Source: the human T2T-CHM13v2.0 reference genome, Homo sapiens
NCBI RefSeq assembly: GCF_009914755.1
Contig: NC_060930.1
Strand: one strand, 5' to 3'
Length of the DNA: 64,000 nt
The notes beneath the pieces were generated by a model. The model was not told the origin of the DNA, ran no database searches, and saw only the letters and a program-made list of their open reading frames with translations. Below, piece by piece: positions 50,489 to 64,000 of this stretch (position 1 is its first letter; each line of letters starts with the position of its first letter). The translations under genes and the position numbers were made by a program.

Positions 50489-51007
50489 TCACAATCCCCT
50501 GCACAGTGCTCTTTGGAGGGCCCTCGGCCTGCCCAGACTTCTGCCACCACCCTGAATGTGGGCACCATACCTTTACTGCTCTCCTCCCTGGATTGGCCAC
50601 AAGGTCCCACCTGTGGCTGGGCCCACCAATGGGTGCTCTGGAAGCAGAAATGGGAAGGGTCCCTCATACTTTAGGCTGCTTTAGCGCCTGAGAGGTAGCA
50701 CACGGGTCTCCTTTAGTGGGTGGGGACCATAGAGTGTAGTGTCCCCGCGATGGCTGAACAGAACTGTTTATGCATTGTTTAATGCAGGGCATTCAAGCTG
50801 GGCATTCAGGAACATTCCCGAACAAGGAAAAGAGTGATCCTGCCCTAACTGCCAGCAGACCCCCTGGGATGTGGCTGGAATGTTAAGAAACTGAATAGAA
50901 ACTTAAAATACAGCACACTTTGGTAACATGTAGCATCCTTGTAAAGCGGAAATTCTACACCCCAAAATGTGCAAAGATCTATGGACTCACGGATGCTTAC
51001 TGAAACA

Positions 51008-51266
<259 letters not shown>

Positions 51267-51274
51267 TACTGAAA

Positions 51275-51409
51275 CCTTTTTCAAATTTTAGAATTTGAAT
51301 TTTAGAATTTTCTAAATTTTCTAAATTCTAAGTTTTCTAAATTTTAGAATTTAGAAAATTTTAGCCTTTTTCAAATTTTAGAATTTGAAAAAAAAAAAAA
51401 AAAAAAAAA
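51275..51409. repeat. AT-rich direct/inverted low-complexity repeat plus poly-A
   Basis: cctttttcaaattttagaatttgaa at 51275 and 51365. Confidence 0.85.
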
Positions 51410-51549
51410 CCTAAATTTCCAACAGTGGCACGTTGAATAAATAGGCGCTAGAGCCATAAGATGGCATTCTAATACGGCTATATTCTTTTCAAATATGGTG
51501 TAGATAATATTCATTTTTACATAGTATTATTGAATATTTACTTCTCCCC

Positions 51550-51835
51550 TTTTTTTGAGACGGAGTCTCACTCTGTTGCCCAGGCTGGAGTGCAATGGAG
51601 AGGTCTGGGCTCACTGAAACCTCCGCCTCCCAGGTTCAAGAGATTCTCCTGCCTCAGCCTCCCGAATAGCTGAGACTACAGGCGCCCACCACCACACCTG
51701 GCCAATTTTTGTATTTTTAGTAGAGACGGGGTTTCACCATGTTGGCCAGGCTGGTCTCGAACTGCTGACCTCGTGATCCGCCTGCCTTGGCCTCCCAAAG
51801 TGCTGGGATTACAGGTGTGAGCCACCGCACCTGGC
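51550..51835 (-). mobile_element. AluSg-like
   Basis: Full dimer; TSD acttctccc. Confidence 0.95.
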
Positions 51836-52044
51836 CAACTTCTCCCATTTTGCACATTTTTCTAAGTATATAAATGTAAATACAGGAACAACTGGAAATC
51901 ACACGAAACATTCACAGTGATTATTTCTTAGGTCAGAGAAACAGATTCCAGCTGAGTTTTATTTTCTCATGCCTTCCATGTTTTTCAATGTACTTGCTTT
52001 GCTTTTGTAATGAAAGGGGAACAGTCACATTGAAAAAGTGCCCA

Positions 52045-52322
52045 TTGTCAAAAAGCCACATGTTGCATAAGTCTATTTATATGAAATGTCCAGAACAGGC
52101 AAATCCACAGAGTAGATGAGTGCCTGTCAGGGGCTGAAGAAGGACGGAATTGGGAGTGACTGCTAAAAGGCACAAGGTTTCTTTTTGGAGTGACAAAAAT
52201 GTTCTGGAATAGTGGCAACTGGGGTACAACTCCGTGAATATACTAAAACCCACCTGACTGTATATTTTAAAAAGCTGAATTTCATGCAAAGAGTTATATC
52301 TCAATAAAACTGTTATTTTTTT
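52045..52322 (+). mobile_element. L1MB-type 3' end
   Basis: atgaaatgtccagaacaggcaaatcc...ttatatctcaataaaactgtt. Confidence 0.85.
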
Positions 52323-53085
52323 AAGTGGCTGTGTATAGATAGATACCTTTATTCCAAAACAATCATGCAAGAAAAATATGCAAGGAGGAGTGGAGGGAAC
52401 AAGTATTTTTCCATTTCCCAATTTCACACCCCATAACCCTGACACTTCATCTCTCCATGTATAAAATAAATAAAAGGCTCAACCCTGGCTCAGATGAACG
52501 GCAAGGAAGATGTTAACGTGTCTAAATCTAAACAACGGACAGCCCTGCCACCTGCTGACTGCTCCATGGATACTCACACGTTAACTAAGGGGATCCTGAA
52601 TGGTAGGTACCCAGGCATCTTTCCCTTTTTCACTTTAGCATAATACAGGTGATATGGGTACTTAGGTGACAAACTTTACCAAGTCCCTAGAAAGGGTCAG
52701 GGGTCAATCAATCCCTTTGGAAGGTTAGGCTTCCAGAATTTTTTCTTCTTCCTTTTACTATCTAAAGCCTATTGTACTTTAACTTTTCAACTGCCCTTTG
52801 TTTCAACAACTGCAAAAACAATGTTATAATGTTCTGCCAATGATGACAATCAAATGCAATCTGGCAATAAAATGAGAATGTTTTAAAACATTTCACTCAA
52901 GACCAGCATAATAACCAGGGACTTTGATTACAGGGTGAATTAAACACAAATTTCTTTTCAAATAGTAACTGCCTTCTAACATAAGAAGGACTTGGAAGAA
53001 AAAAAAATCCATGTTTGTTCATCAGAAATCAAACAGACTCCAAAAATAAAAGCAACAAAATTTAGAATAAGATTGTTTAATGAAA

Positions 53086-53223
53086 GCTGGGCATGGTGGC
53101 ACACGTCTGTAACACCAGCTATTCAGGAAGCTGAAGTGGGAGGATCACTTGAACCCAGGAGTTCAAGGCCAGCCTGGGCAACATAGTAAGACCCCATCTC
53201 AATTTTTAAAAATAAATTTTGAA
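53086..53223 (+). mobile_element. FLAM monomer
   Basis: Perfect TSD aagattgtttaatgaa. Confidence 0.9.
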
Positions 53224-53275
53224 AAAGATTGTTTAATGAATAATTTATTTCTATTCATTAAAAAATTAGACTATT

Positions 53276-53580
53276 GGCTGGGTATGGTGGCACATCCCCG
53301 TAATTCCAGCACTTTGGGAGGCTGAGGCAGGAAGACCACTTACAGCTAGGAGTTTGAGACCAGCCTGGACAACATATTGAGACTCTGTCTCTACCAAAAA
53401 AAAAAAAAAAATTAGCCAGCCGTGGTGGCGTGCACCTGTAGTCCCTGCTACTCAGGAGGCTGAGGCAGGAGGATCACTTGAGTCCAGGAGCTCAAGGCTG
53501 TAGTGAGGTATGATCACGCCACTGCACTCCAGCCTGTGTAACAGAGCAAGATCCTGTCTCTAAAAAGTAAATGAATAAAA
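53276..53580 (+). mobile_element. AluJ
   Basis: Full dimer. Confidence 0.93.
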
Positions 53581-53779
53581 ATTAGACCATTAAAGTCTAT
53601 AGCCTTTTTACAGCACTCAATGCTAATTAGGATATTTACAATCACTAACTAGGATTATATAATTTTGCCATTCTAGAAATAAGTAGGATCTTAAAGATCT
53701 TCAGCAGTCCTAATTTTACAGATGAGAAAACGGGACTCAGAAAGGCCAAGTACTCAGTCTACTTATTATAACACATTTA

Positions 53780-53995
<216 letters not shown>

Positions 53996-54409
53996 TTAGT
54001 GAACCGTTCCCTTTATGTATAACTTAGACCTCACAATACCACACCCACTTAGACAGAAGCAATAACAAATTTTAAAATAAAAGTATTTTAAAGCACTGTA
54101 TTTCCATAGCAGGAAATAGAGTGCTACTAAGATAGAGGCACATTAAACTTGAGCCTGTGAGTCTACAGAGCAAAGCAACTCCAAAGCTAAAACCCAGGCA
54201 CTGAAAGTTAAAACTGTAACATGATCTCACCCAGTTGGGCTTTCATGCCAGGCAGAGTAATGACTCAACAAGGATCCGCTTGAGAGAGATGAATAAAGGT
54301 CTCATACTTAGAATTTCATTGAGGTTTATGTTTTCCTCAGATTACTCTTGAAGTCTGCCAAATTCATCCAACAGTTCCAACTAAGTCAGGGGGCGGGGAG
54401 GAGAAGTCA

Positions 54410-54679
<270 letters not shown>

Positions 54680-54878
54680 TTAAGTTGTTTACAAAGATGT
54701 TCTCATACTGAAGAATTCCAGCAGTGCTGCTACCTCCAGCACACAGAAGACAATTTAAATTCTCCTTTTCCACTGGAGGAAAAGCATTCCTTTTGTCAAC
54801 CCCAGTTGCCGCTCAAATACATACAGATCCTATTAAATAAGCAAAATACCATGACGTGATGAAATAAGAATAAATGCA

Positions 54879-55188
<310 letters not shown>

Positions 55189-56710
55189 TTATATCCAAAC
55201 AAATATAGCTTTGAAAAGACAGCTCTAGTTTTCCTGTGCTTCTGTGTGTAGCTGAATATCCTATTTACTACAGCAATCACACATTAAGGTATGCTCTAGC
55301 GAACCACGTTGCTCATGCCAAGAGTCGGATCTCTGCCAAAATCCAGCAAAAAAGACTTGATATATTATGAAGTTGTTAGATTTGAAAACCATGTCAAAAG
55401 ATACAAAGGAACCTTTATAGTAACCAATGGAGAGTGATTCTTTTCTGAACCAAATACTACAAAAACCAGCAAAAGTTGGATCACTGATTCCATTCTAATT
55501 CTATCTACATGTCAGTTTAAACTGTAGGATTAATTTGAGTCCAAGTTACCAGCTGCTTAGTTTTTTTGCACTTGGTAAATTCCATTAGGCAAATCAGGAC
55601 AAAAACTGCTAGACAAAATACAGAATCAACTGAGTCCCAAAGCAATCTACTAATCAGCCATGTCTGTGTGTGGTATTCCCAGGTGGGATGGCATCCACCT
55701 ACCCCTCCCACCCACAAATATATCTCCTTCCATACCTTTAAACCGGGCATATAACTCCCCATTCACAAAGCTTTCATGACTCATGACTTGTTTCTCAGTA
55801 ATCCATTCCCATTTTTCATTCCTCAGAAAATCCTTCATGAGTGGTGTGTGTGCACTCTCAAAAGCGTCTTCCCGAGCAGTTTAATCCAGCTCTCCTCCTA
55901 GCCCCAGGTTCCTTTATCTCTCACTATGTACACAGCACCCCTTTTCTTGCCACTACTCCAGGAACCCAGACAAGAATATTCTGGATCAAGGGAGGGTGCC
56001 TTCCTCCAGTTTCTGATAGAACAATCCACACATCAGTAGTGGAATGTCATGCTCTCTATATGCAGAGGGAAAGACTACCTGTAACTTTAAACACACTTAA
56101 GATCCTGCAAACCAGAATGCCCCAATCACCTGAGGTACATTCTCTACACGCTATAATAAGTTCTGAGTAAGCCAAGACTCAAGGAAATGGAAAACAATGT
56201 TGAATCTCTGCACCCAATGCAGAAGAAATACAATGAAGCAAATACCTCAGCTTCAAATGAAAACCAACAAACAAAAAATTCTGATAGAAAGTAAAATGTC
56301 ACTGTAATAAAATCCAGCCTGAACTTTGTTTTATGAAATATTATAACCTAATCATATATTTCTCAATATATGCTTGAATTGTTGAATAAGACCCTGGCAG
56401 TTCTGTAGGGTCAAAGACCGAGTCTGTTTTGTGTCAGAGGGTAACCCAGACCCAATACTCAGGAAAGATATGCTGAATAAATGAGCCAGATTGTCTAGTT
56501 TTATCAACATATATAAATATGTGAGTTGATAAAAATAAGCCTAGATCACACCTAAATCATCCTGTACACTCTATATACCACCCTCATTATACCATACAGT
56601 ATTCAAGTTAGCCATGAAGAAAGCAACTATCTTTTTAAGAATTTATGGTACACACACACACACACACACACAAATATGAAATGTTCATACCTACACTCAC
56701 AAGGTCTGAG

Positions 56711-57025
56711 TTTTTCTGTTTTTTGTTTTTTTGTTTTTGAGACTAGGTCTCACTCTGTTGTCCAGGCTGGAGTGCAGTGGTATGATCATGGTGTATTGTA
56801 CTGCAGCCTCGACCTCCTGGGCTCCAGTGATCCTACCACCTCAGCCTCCTGAGTAGCTAGGACCACGGGTGCACACAACCACACCCAGCTAATTTTTTAA
56901 ATTTTTTGTAGAGATGGGGCCTCACTATATTCCCCAGGCTGGTCTTGAACTTCTGGGCTCAAGCAATCCTCTGAACTGGCCTTCCAAAGTGCTGGAAATA
57001 TTGGCGTGAGACACCATACCTGGCC
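56711..57025 (-). mobile_element. AluJ
   Basis: Full dimer. Confidence 0.93.
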
Positions 57026-57127
57026 ACATAGGTTTTTTTTCAAGTTCTATGAAGAACACATCTTTCTCAGCAAAATCAAGCTGCAACTCTCATTAATCTC
57101 ACAGAAATACTTATTATCTACCCCCTC

Positions 57128-57628
<501 letters not shown>

Positions 57629-57742
57629 CACTCCTATAAAATAAGGCTGATCATACTTTTAACGGCAGTTCAAGATTCAGCCCTGTCACACTGTGGCTCA
57701 GCAACTTCCTCTCTCAAGATCCTCTTTTCACACCACCATTTA

Positions 57743-57982
<240 letters not shown>

Positions 57983-58119
57983 TTATTTCCCCTCCCCCAA
58001 ACCAACACCAACCCCGTGTCTGAACAGGGACTGAGGTCATTCATGTGTTTACAGATATTGGCAATATTTAACTTACATTCTTCTTTGAAACCTTAGAATG
58101 AGCTGAGGGATTTGAATGA

Positions 58120-58300
58120 CGATGTATAGTGGCAAGAAGCAGAGGCTTAGGAGCCAGGTGCCAGGGTTATGACTCTAGCTCTGAGCAAATCACTTAAACA
58201 TCTGTGGCCTCCCTTTCCTCTTCTGTAAAGGAGTGATACTGATAATATCTCTTGCATAGAGCTGCAGTGAGAATTAGATGAGTTAGTTCATGAAAATTAC
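58120..58300 (+). mobile_element. MIR
   Basis: gagcaaatcacttaaacatctgtggcctccctttcctcttctgtaaa core. Confidence 0.75.
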
Positions 58301-58302
58301 TA

Positions 58303-58703
<401 letters not shown>

Positions 58704-58716
58704 CTAGACTTACTAG

Positions 58717-59052
<336 letters not shown>

Positions 59053-59498
59053 TGAGCAAGTCACACAATGTCTCTGTGCCCCATCTATAAAATGAGAATA
59101 AATAGGGACAAGGATAGCACCAACATAGGGTGGCTGTGAGAATTAAGTAAGATAACACATGTAAACAACTTAGGACACTGCTTTCCCATAGAAAATACAC
59201 AACCTTATACCGTTTATTTTAGTACTATTTATACATATATGCATTCATATATACGAGTTAATCTTAACTTCAAATCCACATGGCTGAGTTTGAACTATGA
59301 TACTGGTCTCAAAGGACATGGTTTTTAATATCTCATGTGAGAACTTCAATCTTACCTTCTACAATCTAACAATGACAACAATGATTTTTCTGGTTGGTAA
59401 AGAACAGCAAGGAAATCTTGGAGTCAAGGCAGGGAAATATTTGGTGAAGGCCAGTGAGACTGTGCCAAGCCCTGGGCAGACATAAAAAGGTACCCTTA

Positions 59499-59647
59499 GG
59501 CCCAGCGTGTGGGCACACACCTGTAATAATCCCAACACTTTGGGAGTCTGAGGCAGGTAGATCACTTGAGCTCGAGAGTTCAAGATCAGCCTAGAGAAAA
59601 TAATGAAGCCCCGTCTCTACCAAAAAAAACAAAAACGAAAACAAAAA
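59499..59647 (+). mobile_element. FLAM monomer
   Basis: TSD aaaaag(g/c)taccctt. Confidence 0.88.
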
Positions 59648-61049
59648 GCTACCCTTCAACCCTACCCAGCCTGGTTGTAATGGAAGAGATCTCTGAAGTG
59701 AAACTGTGACCTGATTCTAAGGATTGAAAGGACTGACTAGCCAGTGTGACGGAGCTAGACATGGCCACCAGGAGATTCACAGAGGACAGCTCATTTTCAG
59801 GAGAGATACCAAGTCACAGGGGCAGGGACTGAGCTTTCAGTCTTCCAGAGTAGAACCCCCATATTTTAAACCGTGGCCATTAATGCATAATCTATCAATT
59901 CTACTCAATTTGTAATTGATTGACATCTCAACATGTCAATTTCGGACCATATCTGAAAACATGAGGCCAGGATCCAGATTCTCCAAATCTTAGAAGCAAA
60001 AGTAAACTAGAACATTTCCACAAAATTGATGCTCCCTGAAAACACACATATTGATAATTACTTCTATATCAGTAACTCTCATTTCCCAGGAGTGTGGCAT
60101 CAAAACAGAGTGGTGAATGCCTTTTCTATGATAGGACAACAGTAATGATGTTGAACAACTTAGAGCTCTCTTCTGAGAAGGGTGGGTGCCCAGGTACAAA
60201 GAATAATGAAGAATGGAACACAGAGAAACCCCCAGGGCTGGGGACTAAGTCTGCAGAGTATTTGTCTACCAGAGTTTATATTCTGAAAATATCCTGGGCA
60301 CATCGCAAGAACACCTGGTAACTAAGCTATAAAATGGTGTCTGCATTTTGATGGTAATTATCTCCCTGTGTCACAAGCAAAATTAGGAGTCTCTGTCTCT
60401 CACCAGCACCTCTTCCCCAAACTGCAGCTAGAGGGACTTGGCAGGAAAGTAGGCAAACCAGAGAACATCGCAGTGTCTCTTCTTAAGTGAATTTCCAGAA
60501 GTCAAGGGACCAACGCTAGCCTGAACTTAAAAATTATTTTCACTCATGTTCTGAACATAACCATGTGAGTTTTCCTCTATTGCCTCAAACTCAATTATGC
60601 TCAAAATACCTAACATCTCTTCCTTCCAAATGGCCTCTTTTCTGACTTTCCAATTTTTGTCACCACGCAGGTTCCCTGTCACATTGGACACTTGCTTCTC
60701 CCTAGCCTTGCTGGCCTTTCTCACCCTTACCCCAAAACATTTTCGAATAGTCAACACTATTAAAGAGAAGAGCATGGCTTGGAAAGATTACATACCTTGA
60801 CTAAGGGTCCCACAACAGCTAGTAAGTGGCAGAGCTGGGATCTGAACTGAAGTGGTTCAACTCAGAGGCCACATTCATAACCACTAGGCTGTGCTGCTTC
60901 CTGAGGCCTTCTGATGTGCTTCCCAGTGGCCTCCAGCATTCTTAGTCTTTCTTTCACTGAATCACCCATCACCAGCCTTGCCCAGGACCACATCGCCCTG
61001 TAGCTACCCTTATACAGCAGCCTCCCTTTTGGTGGTTCTTATGTTTAGA

Positions 61050-61375
61050 TGTTATTATGGGCTGAACTGTGTCCCCTAAAATTCCTGTGTTCAAATTCTC
61101 ACCCCCAGTACCCAGAATGTGACTGTATTAGGAGATAGGGTCTCTAAAGAGGTGGTTAAGTTAAAATGGAAGTCATTAGGGTGGGCTCAATCTGACATGA
61201 CTGGTGTCCCATAAGATTAAGACACAGACATATATGGAGGGAAGACCACACGAGAACAGAGGAAGAAGACCACCATTTGCACACCAAGGAGAGGGTCCTC
61301 AGAATGAAGCCATCTCCACTGACTCCTTGACTTTGAACTTCTACCACCCCGTATGGCAGGCCTAGCTGAGTAATA
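61050..61375 (+). mobile_element. MLT1B-like LTR with 3' deletion
   Basis: tatgggctgaactgtgtcccc...cagaatgtgactgtattaggagatagggtc. Confidence 0.8.
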
Positions 61376-62536
61376 GAGGTATTAATGTAAAAGCAGCTGT
61401 CAACTTGTCACCTGTGGAAGAAAGCCCATGCTCCCCAGCCTGGCACTCCATACCTGCCAATATAGTCTCAGGCAACCAGTCCAACTTTATCTCCCACCCT
61501 CAGCTCCACAGAGTCTGAGCTACTCATTTCTTCTGGTAGAAGCTCTGGAGCCCATCTAGAGTCTCACTACCGCCACTACCACCCCCCGCTGCTGGGAATG
61601 TCAGCTGCTAAAGCACACAGCTGCCCCTTCTCAGAAGAATGGCCCTCAGCTGACGGAGCTGCCTCGCCCGAGCAGGGCCACCAGAACCCGGAGCTGTGTG
61701 GCTCCACCAGGATGCTTCGTCCTGCATAGTAGGTCAAGGCTACGCTGCACCTGAGAGGCATCCTTGCTGCCTCCCCGTCATCATTCTGCCTTTCTCTCTC
61801 CCTTACCAGTTTTACTTGGAGCACATACCCTCAAAATTGCTTTCACAAGGATGTACACCTAAGACTCTGCTCTAGGAAACCTTATCTAAGACACCGCCCT
61901 TCCCCGATGGTGGTCTATCTATGTTTTGTGGGCGAGTGTGTTTGAAGAATAGCATTCATCTCCTCTACCATACATGCTCCCATCCGCCAATGCAAATCCC
62001 ACCTACCCTCCCAGGCTCCCACCTCACAGTCCATACCTCTCTCTCCTTCAGAATCCAACATTTATCTTATGCAACAATTAGCGGGCAGAGCAAGCATTTG
62101 ACAGGCACTCCATCAATTACCTACAAGGAATTAGCGCCTCTGGAATGTTAAGCATCATATTCTGAGAAATCCAAAAAAATCTAACCAAGTTTAAATTTTA
62201 CACTGACCAATGCCAACAGAAACAGCTGGAGTATAATCAATAGGCTCAGTTATGGGCAATGATTTTTTGGCTCTGACTGCAAAAGCACAGGTGACAAAAG
62301 CAAAAACAGACAAGTGGGATTACATCAAATTAAAAAGCTTCTGCATAGCAAAGGAAATAATTGACAAGGCAGAGTCAACCTAAAAAATATCTGCAAACCA
62401 TACATCAGATAAGGGGTTAATACCCAAAGTATATAAGGAACTCAAAGAACTCAACAGCAAAAAAAAAAAAAAACAAAACACAAAGAACCTGATTTTAAAA
62501 ATGGGTAAAGGACCTGAATTGACATTACTCTCTTGC

Positions 62537-62848
62537 TTTTTTTTTTTTTTTTTCTTTTTTTGGAGACAAGGTCTCACTCTGTCACTCAGGGTGGATGCGG
62601 TGGTACAATCAAGGCTCACAGCAGCCTCCCAGTCTCAAGCAATCCTCCCACCTTAGCCTCTCAAGTAGCTGGGACAACAGGTACGTGCCACCACACCCAG
62701 CTAGTTGGTTTTAAAAAATAAAAATTGTTGTAGAGACAGGATCTTGCTTTGTTGCCCAGGCTGGTCTTGAACTCCTGGGCTCAAACGATCCTCCTTCCTT
62801 GGACTCTCAAAGCACTACAATTACAGGCATGAGCCCCTGCAGCCAGCC
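62537..62848 (-). mobile_element. AluJ
   Basis: Diverged dimer. Confidence 0.9.
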
Positions 62849-63305
62849 CCGAATAGACATTTCTCAAAAGGAGATATACAAATGGCCAACAGAGATATGA
62901 AAAAATGTTCAGTGTCACTAATCATCAGGGAAATGCAAATCAAAGCCACAGTAAGATGACAGCTGGCACCTGTTGGAATGGCTACTATCAAAACACAAAA
63001 GGTAAGTGGTGATAAGGATGTGGAGATGTAGAAATCCTAGCACACGGCTGGTGGGAATGTAAATTAGTGGTGCCATTATGGAAAACACTACGGAGGTTTC
63101 CTGAAAAATTAAAAAGCAGCCTCACTACTGGATACACGTCTAAAGGAAATGAGATCAGTATGCTGAGGAGATATCTGCACCCTCATGTTCACTGCAGCAT
63201 TTTTCAAAACAGCCCAGCCATCAACAGATGAATGGATAAGGAAAATGTGGTGTATATACACAAGGGAATGCTATTCACCCTTAAAAAAAGAAGGAAATGC
63301 TCGTG

Positions 63306-63615
<310 letters not shown>

Positions 63616-63907
63616 AGGAAATCCTATCATGTGTGACAAGAGGGATGAACCTGGAGGACACTGTGTTAAGTGAAATAAGCCAGGCACATGTAGACAAATG
63701 CCACATGATCTCACTTATATGTGGAATCTAAAAAAAAAAAAATTGAACTCTTAGAAACAGAGAGTAGAATGGTGGCTGCCAGAGGTTAGAAGGAAGGGGA
63801 TTGGGGAATCCTGGTCAAAGGGTACAAAGTTTCAGTTAGCCAGGAAGAATAAGCTCAAGAGATCTATTGTATAGCACGGTGACTATAGTTAATAAAAATG
63901 CATTGGT

Positions 63908-64000
63908 GGCCGGGCGCGGTGGCTCACGCCTGTAATCCCAGCACTTTGGGAGGCTGAGGCGGGCGGATCACGAGGTCAGGAGATCGAGACCATCCCGGCT
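63908..64000 (+). mobile_element. Young AluY (Ya5-like), cut by the window edge
   Basis: Near-consensus with CpGs mostly intact; gagaccatcCcggct diagnostic. Confidence 0.85.

Overview
Primate (almost certainly human, 6q25 by gene identity) repeat-rich DNA. The minus strand carries the last four coding exons of CNKSR3 (57919-57795, 54656-54448, 53946-53857, 50166-49868). All have GT-AG borders, join in frame, and end ...[12 protein letters not shown] proximal poly(A) signal lies at 48673-48678 and a candidate distal one at 31052-31057, giving a ~19 kb 3'UTR. By recalled gene order, the left edge should be the 5' end/promoter of IPCEF1. The rest is ~50 Alu/FLAM elements, L1/HAL1/L2/MIR remnants, MaLR LTRs, hAT and Tigger fossils, and microsatellites. 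I found no convincing new multi-gene system. The best leads are: a weak, Alu-abutted terminal-exon acceptor that could govern CNKSR3-IPCEF1 read-through; inverted Alus just beyond the proximal poly(A) site; a duplication-generated triple octamer cluster; a tiny L1-retroposed polyadenylated ERV-LTR fragment; a locally templated inverted insertion inside a twin-primed L1; and a 3x ~125 bp tandem repeat whose first unit has micro-exon splice signals. Repeat subfamily names and most repeat boundaries are by-eye estimates.
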